DNA of 64,000 nt, taken from NCBI GenBank assembly GCA_963752715.1, contig CAVVZQ010000002.1, positions 139,542 through 203,541 on the forward strand, written 5' to 3'. The stretch's first letter is position 1; each line of letters starts with the position of its first letter. Below the pieces are notes generated by a model. The model saw only the letters and a list, made by a program, of their open reading frames with translations. It was not told the origin of the DNA and did not search any database. The translations under genes were made by a program, and so were the position numbers. This document shows, piece after piece, positions 27,819 to 36,483 of the stretch. The stretch is from an uncultured Actinomycetota bacterium. GTDB lineage: Bacteria; Actinomycetota; Actinomycetes; Mycobacteriales; CAVVZQ01.

Positions 27819-29456
27819 CTAGTCCGCGCTCGCCGAGATCCCCGCTGCTGACTTCAGCTCCTGGTACGCCTCGCCGACGAGCTCGTCCACGCGCTCCGGG
27901 TCGGGCACGATCGCCGTGTCCGTGATCGTCCCAAAGAAGACCTGCCCGTCCAGGCTGAAGATCGAGAAGGTCATGGCCATGTTTCCGGAGACACCGCCCC
28001 AGCCGAGCATGCCCTCCACGTTGGAACCGGCGATGCTGATGGCGTGGCGGGGACCCGGCACGTTGGTGACCACGCCGATGGAGTGCGCCTGGTTCAGCTT
28101 GTGTATCAGGCGTTCCACGTCGGGCGTCGTCACGGCCGAGATGGAGGTCAGGCCGAAGGACACGATCGGCAGGGTCGACTGCTTGATCTCTTCGAGCCGG
28201 CGGGTGATCTCCCGCACCTGCTCGACCGGGTCGGCGATGCTGACCGGGAGCAGCACCGGTACGAGACCGAACTTGTTGCCCAGCGTGCGCGGCAGCGGGT
28301 CGTCGGGCTTGCGGAGACTGACCGGCATCGCCACGAACAGCTCCTCGACGGTGAGCGCGTCCTTCTCGACGAGGTACTTGCGCAGCCCGTTCGTGAGTAC
28401 CCCGAGCATGACGTCGTTCACCGTGCCACCGACCGCCTTGCCGATGGCCTTGACATCCTCCAGAGGCATCGGGTCGATCCAGTGCGCCTTCTTGGTACCG
28501 CCCACCTCACCGTGCAGTGCGGTCTGGCCGGGCCTGGGTGGGAAGGTGAACTCCACCGCGTCGCGCACGCCGGTCGCGGCCAGCCGGGCCGCGTCCACGG
28601 TCTGCGACAGCGACTCCGTGGCGGTGTCCGCTGCCCCGCCCGCGCTCTGCAGCACACCACCGGCGGCGCGCTGGAGGCGCTCCACCAAGCGGTCAGGCAC
28701 GGACGTGCCGAACTCCACGAAGCGACCCGGGTCGCCCGCCACGCTGAGCGTCTCGTCGAGTGCGTCCTGTCCCATGGCGAGCACCGCGCCCGGCGTGGTG
28801 ACCTTGCGGATGGGGCTGGTGAGCGAGGTCGCAGCCTGACCCGCTGCGGCGGTGGCCATGTCGGCGACGGCCTTCACAGGGGCTGTGGCCTTCCCGACCA
28901 GGCCCTTGCCCTTGCCCTTGCCCTTGCCTGTGCCTGAGGCCTGCTTCGCCTTGGTCTCCGTGACGACCGGCTTCACGGCGCCTTCGGTCTCGTCAGCGAG
29001 CGAGAGGACAAGGCGCACCAGCGACCAGCCGTCAGCGATGCTGTGCTGGATACGCGCGTGGACGGCCGTGGTGTTCCCCTGGTAGCCCTGGATCACGAAG
29101 AACTGCCACAGCGGCTTGTCGCGGTCGAGCAGCACGCTGCGCTGCTCGCTCACCAACTCCTGCAGCTGCTCCGTGGTGCCCGGCTCAGGTAGGTGCAGCT
29201 CAATGATGTGGTCGTCTATGGAGAAGTTCGGGTCGTCCTCCCAGTGCGGCATCATGAGCGGGTTTCGCGACATCACCGCCTTTTGGCTGAAAGTGGGGAA
29301 CTTGTCGATCAGGCGCTCCTGGATGAGTGCCTTGAACGTCTCGACGGGAATCTCCTGGTCCAGCCACATGAGGCACGACACCGTCTGGTGGTTCCGCTCG
29401 TACTCGCTGTAGAGCCAGACCGCGTCGGCGGGTGTGAGGTTTCTGCGCCCGGACAT
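27819..29456 (-). CDS. wax ester synthase / diacylglycerol acyltransferase (WS/DGAT) family
   Basis: LTPADAVWLY, PLWQFFVIQG, active-site region HARIQHSIADGWS (QHxxxDG). C-terminal NVPGP and GNMAMTFSIFSLDGQV. ATG preceded by GGAGGA. Confidence 0.85.
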   Translation of the reverse strand: MSGRRNLTPADAVWLYSEYERNHQTVSCLMWLDQEIPVETFKALIQERLIDKFPTFSQKAVMSRNPLMMPHWEDDPNFSIDDHIIELHLPEPGTTEQLQELVSEQRSVLLDRDKPLWQFFVIQGYQGNTTAVHARIQHSIADGWSLVRLVLSLADETEGAVKPVVTETKAKQASGTGKGKGKGKGLVGKATAPVKAVADMATAAAGQAATSLTSPIRKVTTPGAVLAMGQDALDETLSVAGDPGRFVEFGTSVPDRLVERLQRAAGGVLQSAGGAADTATESLSQTVDAARLAATGVRDAVEFTFPPRPGQTALHGEVGGTKKAHWIDPMPLEDVKAIGKAVGGTVNDVMLGVLTNGLRKYLVEKDALTVEELFVAMPVSLRKPDDPLPRTLGNKFGLVPVLLPVSIADPVEQVREITRRLEEIKQSTLPIVSFGLTSISAVTTPDVERLIHKLNQAHSIGVVTNVPGPRHAISIAGSNVEGMLGWGGVSGNMAMTFSIFSLDGQVFFGTITDTAIVPDPERVDELVGEAYQELKSAAGISASAD

Positions 29457-29571
29457 CGATTCCTCCAGTCATTCGGTGCGATGCTCGTCAAGCAGCGAGA
29501 GTCAACGCCGGACTCTACCGCCTGCTCTCGGCATCCAGAGCAGCGCCACGTTCTCACCGCTGCCTCGCTAC

Positions 29572-29723
29572 GTACCTCACCGGGTACCTCACCGGGTACC
29601 TCACCGCGTACCCCACGGTCTCCCCCGCGGTGCCCCCCCACGATCTCCCCCGCGGTGCCCCCCACGATCTCCCCCACCATCTCCTCTCCGCGACCCCACC
29701 ACCGGGGCTGCACCGGGGCTGCA
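29572..29723. repeat. compound tandem-repeat tract (12-bp x4, 24-25 bp x2, 11-bp x2)
   Basis: gtacctcaccgg x4 (29572-29618). tctcccccgcggtgccccc(c)cacga x2 (29619-29667). ccggggctgca x2 (29702-29723). Lies in the divergent WS/DGAT-ABM intergenic region. Confidence 0.9.
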
Positions 29724-29795
29724 ACCGGTCTGCAGCAGGCCGGACACTGCGCGTGCCGGTGCACCCGCACCGTCCCCGACCGGCAGAATGGGCCC

Positions 29796-30149
29796 ATGCT
29801 CCTCGTTCACGTGTACGTCCACGTCACACCGGGAAGCGAGTCAGCCTTCCTGGACGCCACCGAGGTCAACGCCCGCAGCAGCCTCGACGAACCGGGCGTG
29901 CTGCGCTTCGACGTCCTGCGTGACGCGGAGTCGCCCGAGAGGTTCGTCCTCGTCGAGCTGTACCGCGACGCGGACGCCGCGGCAGCCCACAAGGCGACCG
30001 CGCACTACGCGACGTGGCGGGACACCGTGGCGGACATGATGGCGGAGCCTCGCAGCTCGCTGAAGTACACACCGGTCTTCCCGGGCGAAGCCGAGCGCTG
30101 GCGCACGCCTGCGGCCTCTGCCCGGGACACGATGGGCTGGGACGGGTGA
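29796..30149 (+). CDS. ABM-domain monooxygenase (YgiN/LsrG-like)
   Basis: MLLVHVYVHVTPGSESAFLDAT..NARSSLDEPGVLRFDVLRD...FVLVELYRDADAAAAHKATAHY. Confidence 0.7.
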   Translation: MLLVHVYVHVTPGSESAFLDATEVNARSSLDEPGVLRFDVLRDAESPERFVLVELYRDADAAAAHKATAHYATWRDTVADMMAEPRSSLKYTPVFPGEAERWRTPAASARDTMGWDG

Positions 30150-31429
30150 GTCCGGCGACCGAAGGGGCCCGCTTCGACCTCGCACTGCCGGACCGGGTGT
30201 GGTTCGGACGGGGCCGTGCGGCCGATATCCCAGGGGCGCTGACCGGCACGGCGGGCAGCCCGGGCCTGTTGGGGATATCGGGCAGCCCGGGGATCTCGGC
30301 CAGATCAGGCAGATCGGGCAGATCGGGCGGATCCGGTATGGCCACCCGGGTGTTCCTGTGCACCGGGTCGGACCCCGGCCGACATCGGTCGCTACTGGAG
30401 TCGATGGCGGAGGTCGGCCTCTCCCTACAGACGTACTCGGCCTCTGGTGAGCCCACCATCGACGTGGCACGTGCGGCGACCGAGGCGGCTCGGGAGCACC
30501 GCAGCGCCGCCGTCGTCGCGATCGGCGGCGGAAGCATCCTCGACCTCGCCAAGGCCGTGGCGATGCTGCTGGCCAACGGCGGCGACCCGATGGACTACAT
30601 CGAGGTGATCGGCAGAGGTGCACCGATCACCCGTCGCAGTGTCCCCCTGGTGCTGGCCCCGACTACGGCAGGCAGCGGCAGCGAGGTCACGTCCAACGCG
30701 GTGCTCGGCTCACCCGAGCACCGCGTGAAGGTCAGCCTGCGCAGCCCGCTCATGCTGGCGCACCTCGCGGTCGTGGATCCGTTGCTCACCCTGAGCGCGC
30801 CCCCCGCCACGAGCGCCGCCTCCGGCCTGGACGCTCTCACCCAGTGTCTGGAGCCGTACGTGTCGCGGATGGCCAACCCGGTCTCCGACGCGTTCGCCAC
30901 GCAGGGACTGCGGCGCGGCGCGCGCTCGCTCGTACCGGTGCTGGCCGACGGGTCGGATGTGTCCGCCCGGGAGGACATGGCGCTGTGCAGCCTGATGGGT
31001 GGGCTGGCACTGTCCAACGCCAAGCTGGGTGCCGCCCACGGGATTGCCGGGCCCTTCGGAGGGATGTTCGACAGCCCGCACGGCGCGGTGTGCGCTGCTC
31101 TGCTGGGCCCCGTGATGGACGTCAACATCCGTGCCATGCGGGAGCGCGACGCCGGCAACCCCGCGCTTGACCGCTACGACGAGGTGGCGCGGCTGCTGAC
31201 GGGAGATCCCGCGGCCACCGCGGACGACGCGGTGCGGTGGGTGCGCTCGCTGGTAGCCCGGCTGGAGGTGCCCGGACTGGCCACGTACGGGTTCCAGCCC
31301 GGACCGGACGGCGACGGTCCCGAGCTCCACGACCTGGTGGCGCGATCCCTGCGGTCCAGCAGCATGAAGGGCAACCCGGTCACGCTGACCGAAGGAGAGG
31401 TAGCGGACGTGGTGCGCGCGGCGGCGTGA
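30146..31429 (+). CDS. iron-containing (group III) alcohol dehydrogenase
   Basis: GGGSILDLAKA, APTTAGSGSEVT, LDALTQCLE, HGIAGPFG..PHGAVCAALL. GTG 30146 overlaps the ABM stop (GTGA). Repeat-encoded insert GSPGLLGISGSPGISARSGRSGRSGGSG near the N-terminus. Confidence 0.85.
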   Translation: MSPATEGARFDLALPDRVWFGRGRAADIPGALTGTAGSPGLLGISGSPGISARSGRSGRSGGSGMATRVFLCTGSDPGRHRSLLESMAEVGLSLQTYSASGEPTIDVARAATEAAREHRSAAVVAIGGGSILDLAKAVAMLLANGGDPMDYIEVIGRGAPITRRSVPLVLAPTTAGSGSEVTSNAVLGSPEHRVKVSLRSPLMLAHLAVVDPLLTLSAPPATSAASGLDALTQCLEPYVSRMANPVSDAFATQGLRRGARSLVPVLADGSDVSAREDMALCSLMGGLALSNAKLGAAHGIAGPFGGMFDSPHGAVCAALLGPVMDVNIRAMRERDAGNPALDRYDEVARLLTGDPAATADDAVRWVRSLVARLEVPGLATYGFQPGPDGDGPELHDLVARSLRSSSMKGNPVTLTEGEVADVVRAAA

Positions 31430-31446
31430 TGCGCCTCCGAAGGGTG

Positions 31447-32919
31447 TCAGAGCTCCGCAATGGCGAGCTTGCCGTCCCGTACGGCTTTCATGAACACCTC
31501 GTAGTCCCGCTCGTTCTGGTCGGCATAGGAGTGGGAGAACCGGGCCACCTCGGCGTCGAAGCGATCCGAGCTCCCGATGTAGCCGGCGATCACGGCCGGG
31601 TCCACGGAGCGGGCATGCGCCCGCGCCAGCGACGAGGCACATATCTGTCCGTAGTGCAGGAAGAAGTCCGCAAGCGGGTGGACCTGCGCCTGCCCCTTCA
31701 TGTCACGCAGCTGACGCACGTACACCGGGACGCGGCTGAGCCGGGACCAGCCCAGGAACGGGTCGCTCACCGCCTGCATGATGCGCTGCCCCGACACCAC
31801 CCGGTGGCCCATGTGACGGTAGGCCGAGCGGCCGACGTACGGTGCGAACACCGAGTCGGTGGCCTGCTTCATCTGAAGGAACAACGGGTCGGGGTCCCCT
31901 CTGCCCTGCAGCAGTGCCACGTACGCGCGCAGTCCCACGCTCCCGACCCCCACCACTTTGACAGCCGCGTCCACGAACTCGTACTGCTCGAGCACCAGCC
32001 GCCGGTTGCCCTGCAGAGTGTCCAGGTAGGCCTTGAAGAACGCGTGCATCGTCTCGACCTCGGCGTCCGACAGGCGCGAGATCAGAGGTGGCGAGTGGAC
32101 GAATTGCAGCCGGCCGCCGACCTCCTGGGTCAGCTTGGAGAGCACCTGGAGACTGGTGCGGTTACGGGCCTTGGTGGCGGCCTTGCTGATGCGCTTGGAC
32201 GCCCGTCGGGCGCTCTCGGCCGGCTCCGTTTCCCACAGCTCGGCGAGCATGTCCTCGACCGTCAGGTGGCTGTTGCGGATCTCCAGGGTGGTGGCATCGG
32301 TCAGCTTGTGGAGCCTCTGCCGGTAGTGCAGCACCGCGTTGTGCACCACCTCGTCGGCGACGTCGGCGCCGAGCCCCTGGTCCCGGCACCCCACCACCAG
32401 CGATGTCGCCAGCCGCTTGAGATCCCACTCCCAGGGCCCGGGGGTGGTCTCGTCGAAGTCGTTGATGTCGAAGACCAGGCGCCGCTCGGGCGAGCCGTAC
32501 ACCCCGAAGTTCAGCATGTGCGCGTCGCCGCAGGCCTGAACGTGGACGCCGATCGTCGGAGTGTGCGAGAGGTCGTTGGCCATGATGGCCGCGGTTGCCC
32601 GCAGAAAGGTGAACGGCGACACCGCCATCCGCGCGTAGCGCACGGGCACCAGCTCCGGTACGCGGCCCTTTTCCTGGGCCCGCAGCTGGCGGACCGGGTC
32701 CGGGCGTCGGGGCGCAGGCTGCCAGTCGCCGTGTGAGCTCCGAGGTGCGTCCTCCCTCATCGCCTTGCCCAGCGCCATCATCTCGCTGCGACTGCGTCGT
32801 CCCACCTGGTACAGCGTCGCGACGGAACCACGCTGGTTCTCGTCCACCCGAGGGGTGCGCTCCGGAATCCACCGGGACGGCACGCGGGGCAGCTCTGGCA
32901 TGACCTCATCCTCTCGCAC
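31447..32919 (-). CDS. DUF2252 domain protein
   Basis: LVPVRYARMAVSPFTFLRATAAIMANDL...HVQACGDAHMLNFG...FDINDFDET.PGPWEWDLKRLA matches my recollection of DUF2252. Confidence 0.8.
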   Translation of the reverse strand: MREDEVMPELPRVPSRWIPERTPRVDENQRGSVATLYQVGRRSRSEMMALGKAMREDAPRSSHGDWQPAPRRPDPVRQLRAQEKGRVPELVPVRYARMAVSPFTFLRATAAIMANDLSHTPTIGVHVQACGDAHMLNFGVYGSPERRLVFDINDFDETTPGPWEWDLKRLATSLVVGCRDQGLGADVADEVVHNAVLHYRQRLHKLTDATTLEIRNSHLTVEDMLAELWETEPAESARRASKRISKAATKARNRTSLQVLSKLTQEVGGRLQFVHSPPLISRLSDAEVETMHAFFKAYLDTLQGNRRLVLEQYEFVDAAVKVVGVGSVGLRAYVALLQGRGDPDPLFLQMKQATDSVFAPYVGRSAYRHMGHRVVSGQRIMQAVSDPFLGWSRLSRVPVYVRQLRDMKGQAQVHPLADFFLHYGQICASSLARAHARSVDPAVIAGYIGSSDRFDAEVARFSHSYADQNERDYEVFMKAVRDGKLAIAEL

Positions 32920-32950
32920 GAGGCGGGGCCCGGGCGAGGGCCGTACGAGT

Positions 32951-32990
32951 GCCTACCAGGGCCTGCCAGGGCCTACCAGGGCCTGCCAGG
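32951..32990. repeat. 10-bp tandem repeat x4 (gcctaccagg/gcctgccagg alternating; 20-bp x2)
   Basis: Read directly, with a degenerate continuation to about 33006. Lies between the DUF2252 start and the SDR stop. Confidence 0.9.
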
Positions 32991-33012
32991 GCCATGCCTG
33001 GCCAGGCGCGGC

Positions 33013-33774
33013 TCAGCCGAGTCCGAGCAGCAGTCCGCCGTCAATCGCGAGCGTCTGGCCGGTGATCCACGCCGCCTCGTCGGACAGCAGGAATGCCGCG
33101 GCCGCCGAGACGTCTTCCGGTTCCCCGAGCCGCTTGAGCGGGTACGCGGCAGCTGCCTGCTCCTCGTACCCGTGGTAGAGGGCCTCGGCGAAACGCGTCC
33201 GCACGATGGCCGGTGCCAGCGCGTTCACCCGGATCGACGGCGCGAGCTCCAGGGCCAGCTGCCGCGTGAGGTTGATGATCGCGGCCTTGGTGGACCCGTA
33301 GAAGGCGATGCCCGGTGACGTGGACAGGCCCGCGAAGGACGCCACGTTGAGCACCGTGCCGCCGTGCTCGCGCAGCCAGGCCCGGTGCGCCAGCTGCGTG
33401 AACCCCAGCGTCGCGATCAGGTTCACCTCAACCGTCTTGCGGGCGGCAGCCAGGTCGATATCCATCAGCATCCCGGCAGAAGGGTTGATCCCCACGTTGT
33501 TGACCAGGATGTCCAGTCGGCCGAAGCGCTCGACGACGGAGGAGACGGCTTGCTCGCGGTGGTCCGGGTCGTCGGCCTTGCCAGCCACCGACATCGCGTG
33601 CTCCTCGCCTCCCAGCGAGGCAACCGCGTCCGCCAGGCCCTCCGGCTTGCGCGCGGTCAGACAGACTCGGGCGCCACCGTCGACGAGCCGCTGCGCTATC
33701 GCCAGCCCGATGCCGCGGCTGGCTCCGGTCACCAGCGCGACCCGTCCCTCGAATGCAGGCCCCTGCGTCGTCAT
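33013..33774 (-). CDS. SDR family oxidoreductase (FabG-like)
   Basis: VALVTGASRGIGLAIAQRL, NNVGIN, YGSTKAAIINLTRQLA, PAIVRT. Confidence 0.9.
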   Translation of the reverse strand: MTTQGPAFEGRVALVTGASRGIGLAIAQRLVDGGARVCLTARKPEGLADAVASLGGEEHAMSVAGKADDPDHREQAVSSVVERFGRLDILVNNVGINPSAGMLMDIDLAAARKTVEVNLIATLGFTQLAHRAWLREHGGTVLNVASFAGLSTSPGIAFYGSTKAAIINLTRQLALELAPSIRVNALAPAIVRTRFAEALYHGYEEQAAAAYPLKRLGEPEDVSAAAAFLLSDEAAWITGQTLAIDGGLLLGLG

Positions 33775-33797
33775 ACTGGATCTCCCCCTTTGGCCAA

Positions 33798-33845
33798 CAG
33801 ATGGCGGTCGCCCAGATGGCGGTCGCCCAGATGGCGGTCGCCCAG
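33798..33845. repeat. 15-bp tandem repeat x3.2 (cagatggcggtcgcc)
   Basis: Copies at 33798-33812, 33813-33827 and 33828-33842, plus a partial copy. Lies 24-70 nt upstream of the SDR start codon. Confidence 0.9.
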
Positions 33846-33978
33846 TCCCGGCCGTCGACGAGCTGACCCGAACCGGTGGCGCACACGCTACACAGCAGTG
33901 TGCCGCGCCACGTGCCTGCGCGCCCGTACCGGTCCTAACGGCGGTACCGCGCCGGACGCTCAGAACGGCAGTGGACGC

Positions 33979-34392
33979 TCAGGTAACCAGCGGAACGTCC
34001 GCGGCTGCGAGGTCGTCGAGGCCGCCGACGTCGGTGATGTCGGTGAAGCCCGCGTCCGCCATCCGGTCGGCTGCCGCCGCGGAGCGGTTGCCGCTGCGGC
34101 AGTACACGACGTACGCGTCGTCCTTGGGCAGGCTCGCCACCGCCTCGTCGAATCCCGGGTCCTCCACGTCGATGTTCACCGCTCCCGCGACGTGGCCGGA
34201 GGCGTACTCCTCCGGAGTGCGCACGTCGATCACGGTCGTCCCCGGCTCGCTCACTGCCTCGGCAACCTCGGCCCCGGAGACCGTGGTGACAGCGTCGGAG
34301 CCGCCGCAAGAAGAGAGCGCCACCGTCGCGGCGAGCAGTGCGGGGGCTATGAGAACAGCACGCAGTGTCGAACGTCGCATGTGGACCAGCAT
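33979..34392 (-). CDS. rhodanese-domain lipoprotein
   Basis: Signal/lipobox LLAATVALSSCGG. Rhodanese core VIDVRTPEEYASGHVAGAVNI and active-site loop YCRSGNRS. Confidence 0.8.
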   Translation of the reverse strand: MLVHMRRSTLRAVLIAPALLAATVALSSCGGSDAVTTVSGAEVAEAVSEPGTTVIDVRTPEEYASGHVAGAVNIDVEDPGFDEAVASLPKDDAYVVYCRSGNRSAAAADRMADAGFTDITDVGGLDDLAAADVPLVT

Positions 34393-34450
34393 ACCCCAAG
34401 GGGTATCGCCCGCCGTGCAGGTCGCAGTCCCCCTCCCCCGCCGCCCTCAC

Positions 34451-34645
34451 CGGTGATCATGGCGCCAGGTCGCCCACCCAGCGGTGATCATGGCGCCGGG
34501 TCCACCACCCAGCGTGATCATGGCGCCAGGTCGCCCACCCAGCGGTGATCATGGCGCCAGGTCGACAATCGCGGCGTGTTCGACCGGCGTGTATGCACCT
34601 TGCGCCATGATCACGGCGATCATGGCGGCGGATCGCCATGATCAC
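34451..34645. repeat. 31-bp tandem array (3.7 copies) plus three more copies of its 13-nt core in alternating orientation
   Basis: cggtgatcatggcgccaggtcgcccacccag at 34451-34481, 34482-34512, 34513-34542 (30 bp) and 34543-34565 (partial). Core gtgatcatggcgc is inverted at 34602-34614, direct-degenerate at 34616-34628 and inverted at 34633-34645. Confidence 0.9.
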
Positions 34646-34712
34646 GACCATGGGGGGCTGACCGACTGGGAGGGCCTCCGATGGTGACCTGTCAATAGGC
34701 CTGGGCCTCCGC

Positions 34713-36359
34713 TCAGTCGGCCTGGGCCTCCGCCAGCACTCGTTTGAGTACCTTGCCCGAGTCGTTGCGCGGCAGCTCGGAATGGAACACGATCCGTCGA
34801 GGTACCTGGAACGGCGCGAGGTGCTGCTTGGACCAGGTACGGAGCTCGGCGGCGCCGGCATCGTCAGCCTTGAGTGCGGAGTCCGCCGTGAGCACTACGT
34901 GTGCGACGAGTACTTGGCCGAACTCGCTGTCGTCAGCACCGAGCACAGCGGCCTCGATCACGTCGGGATGCTTGACCAGCTCGTTCTCCACGGTGACCGG
35001 GTAGACGTTCTCTCCCCCGGTCACCACCATGTCGTCGTCACGGGAACCGACGAACAGGCGCCCGTCTTCGTCGAACCAGCCCCGGTCCCCGATGGCGACG
35101 AGCCCGCCGATGCGCTCCTTGTCCTCCCCCGATGTGTAGCCCTCGAAGGAGGTGCCGCTGCCGACGATGATCGAGCCTGGCGTACCCGCCGGTACCTCGG
35201 CCCCGTGCTCGTCAACGACGCGTACCTGGACCCCGGCCAGCGGGCGCCCGGCAGTCCCCGGTGCAGCCCTGAGGTCTTCGGGGGTCGCTACCGTCGCGAA
35301 GGCGGCTTCGGTCGAGCCGTACAGGTTGTAGACGACGTCACCGAACTCGTCCTGGAAGGCGTTGGCGAGCTCGCCGGAGAGTGCTGATCCCGAGAGCACC
35401 ACCTTCTCCAGGCAGCTTGTGTCATAGCGGCGGCGGACCTCGGCCGGCAGGCCCATGATCCGCTGCACCATGACGGGTACGGCGACGAGGACCTCGCACC
35501 GCTCGCGCTCGATCACTGCCAGCGTCTCCTCGGGGTCGAAGCGACGCTGGTTCACGATGGTGCTCGAGAGCAGCATCGTGAACATCATGTTGGACCAGCC
35601 CCAGGCATGGAACATGGGTGCGCTGATGAGGTGCCGCTTGCGCGTCTCGTGACCGAAACCGGACAGCAGCGCGATGATGGAGTCGAGACCACCCCCGGTA
35701 CGGGCAGCACCCTTGGGACGCCCGGTCGTACCGGATGTCAGGATGATGTGCCTGCTCCGGTGGGCGGGCTTGCCGGGGTCGCGGGGGGCGCCCGCGGCCA
35801 TCTCCATCACCGATGGCGCGGTGCCCGACGCGTGTGGGGACATCGGGATGCGCACCACCGACTCCGGGATCCGCTCGGCAAACTCCTGGTCGTAGGCGAC
35901 CGCCTTCAGCCCCTCTCGCTCGCACACATCTGCGACCTGCTCCGCGGTGAACCCGGTGTTCAGGTACCCGACGTCGAGACCAGCGCGAGAGGCCCCGACG
36001 AGCGAGAGGTAGAAGCCGACGGTGTTGCGGCCGAGAATGCCGAGCCGCTCCCCCTCACGCAGGCCGGCGTCCTGCAGTCCGACCGCCACCGCCGAGCAGC
36101 TCGCTTGCAGCTCAGTGAAGGTGTACCGGCCCTCGTCATCGATGTAGGCGATCTCGTCCGGGTACACGACGCTTCCCACCGTGGGTCCCACCCCCGGGCC
36201 GAGTCCGTAGGTGAGCACGCCACGGGCGATGGCTACTGCCTGGTCGGGACGGTACGGGCGAATCAGCCCGGACTTCACCAGCGCCTGGGTGACGGCGAGC
36301 GTCTCGTCCGGTCCGAGGACGGGTATGGAGCCGAGCAGGGGCATGGGGATGGCGGCCAT
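34713..36359 (-). CDS. acyl-CoA synthetase / AMP-dependent ligase (FadD-like)
   Basis: ILTSGTTGRPKGA, YGSTEA, GDRGWFDEDGRLFVGSRDDDMVVTGGENVYP, LPRNDSGKVLK. ATG 36357-36359. Confidence 0.85.
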   Translation of the reverse strand: MAAIPMPLLGSIPVLGPDETLAVTQALVKSGLIRPYRPDQAVAIARGVLTYGLGPGVGPTVGSVVYPDEIAYIDDEGRYTFTELQASCSAVAVGLQDAGLREGERLGILGRNTVGFYLSLVGASRAGLDVGYLNTGFTAEQVADVCEREGLKAVAYDQEFAERIPESVVRIPMSPHASGTAPSVMEMAAGAPRDPGKPAHRSRHIILTSGTTGRPKGAARTGGGLDSIIALLSGFGHETRKRHLISAPMFHAWGWSNMMFTMLLSSTIVNQRRFDPEETLAVIERERCEVLVAVPVMVQRIMGLPAEVRRRYDTSCLEKVVLSGSALSGELANAFQDEFGDVVYNLYGSTEAAFATVATPEDLRAAPGTAGRPLAGVQVRVVDEHGAEVPAGTPGSIIVGSGTSFEGYTSGEDKERIGGLVAIGDRGWFDEDGRLFVGSRDDDMVVTGGENVYPVTVENELVKHPDVIEAAVLGADDSEFGQVLVAHVVLTADSALKADDAGAAELRTWSKQHLAPFQVPRRIVFHSELPRNDSGKVLKRVLAEAQAD

Positions 36360-36483
36360 GGCCGCATTCTGCTGTAGGGGCCGCGCCCCGGAACACCGGG
36401 TACCCGCCTCGGCAGTCCGTCGGCACACGGTGCTTTGGGGGTGTCTGTCGAGAAGCGGACTACCCCCAGGGGTATAGTCGGCG

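Noticed and set aside
34451-34645. Possible CRISPR array
   Set aside because: The repeats are contiguous with no unique spacers, the units are 30-31 bp back to back, and no cas genes lie in the window.
34484-34687. 67-aa ORF across the repeat array (MIMAPGPPPSVIMAPGRPPSGDHGARSTIAACSTGVYAPCAMITAIM...) as a possible Cys/Ser/Thr-rich RiPP precursor
   Set aside because: Its sequence is just the translation of the DNA repeat and its inverted copies. There is no ribosome-binding site and no modification enzyme nearby.
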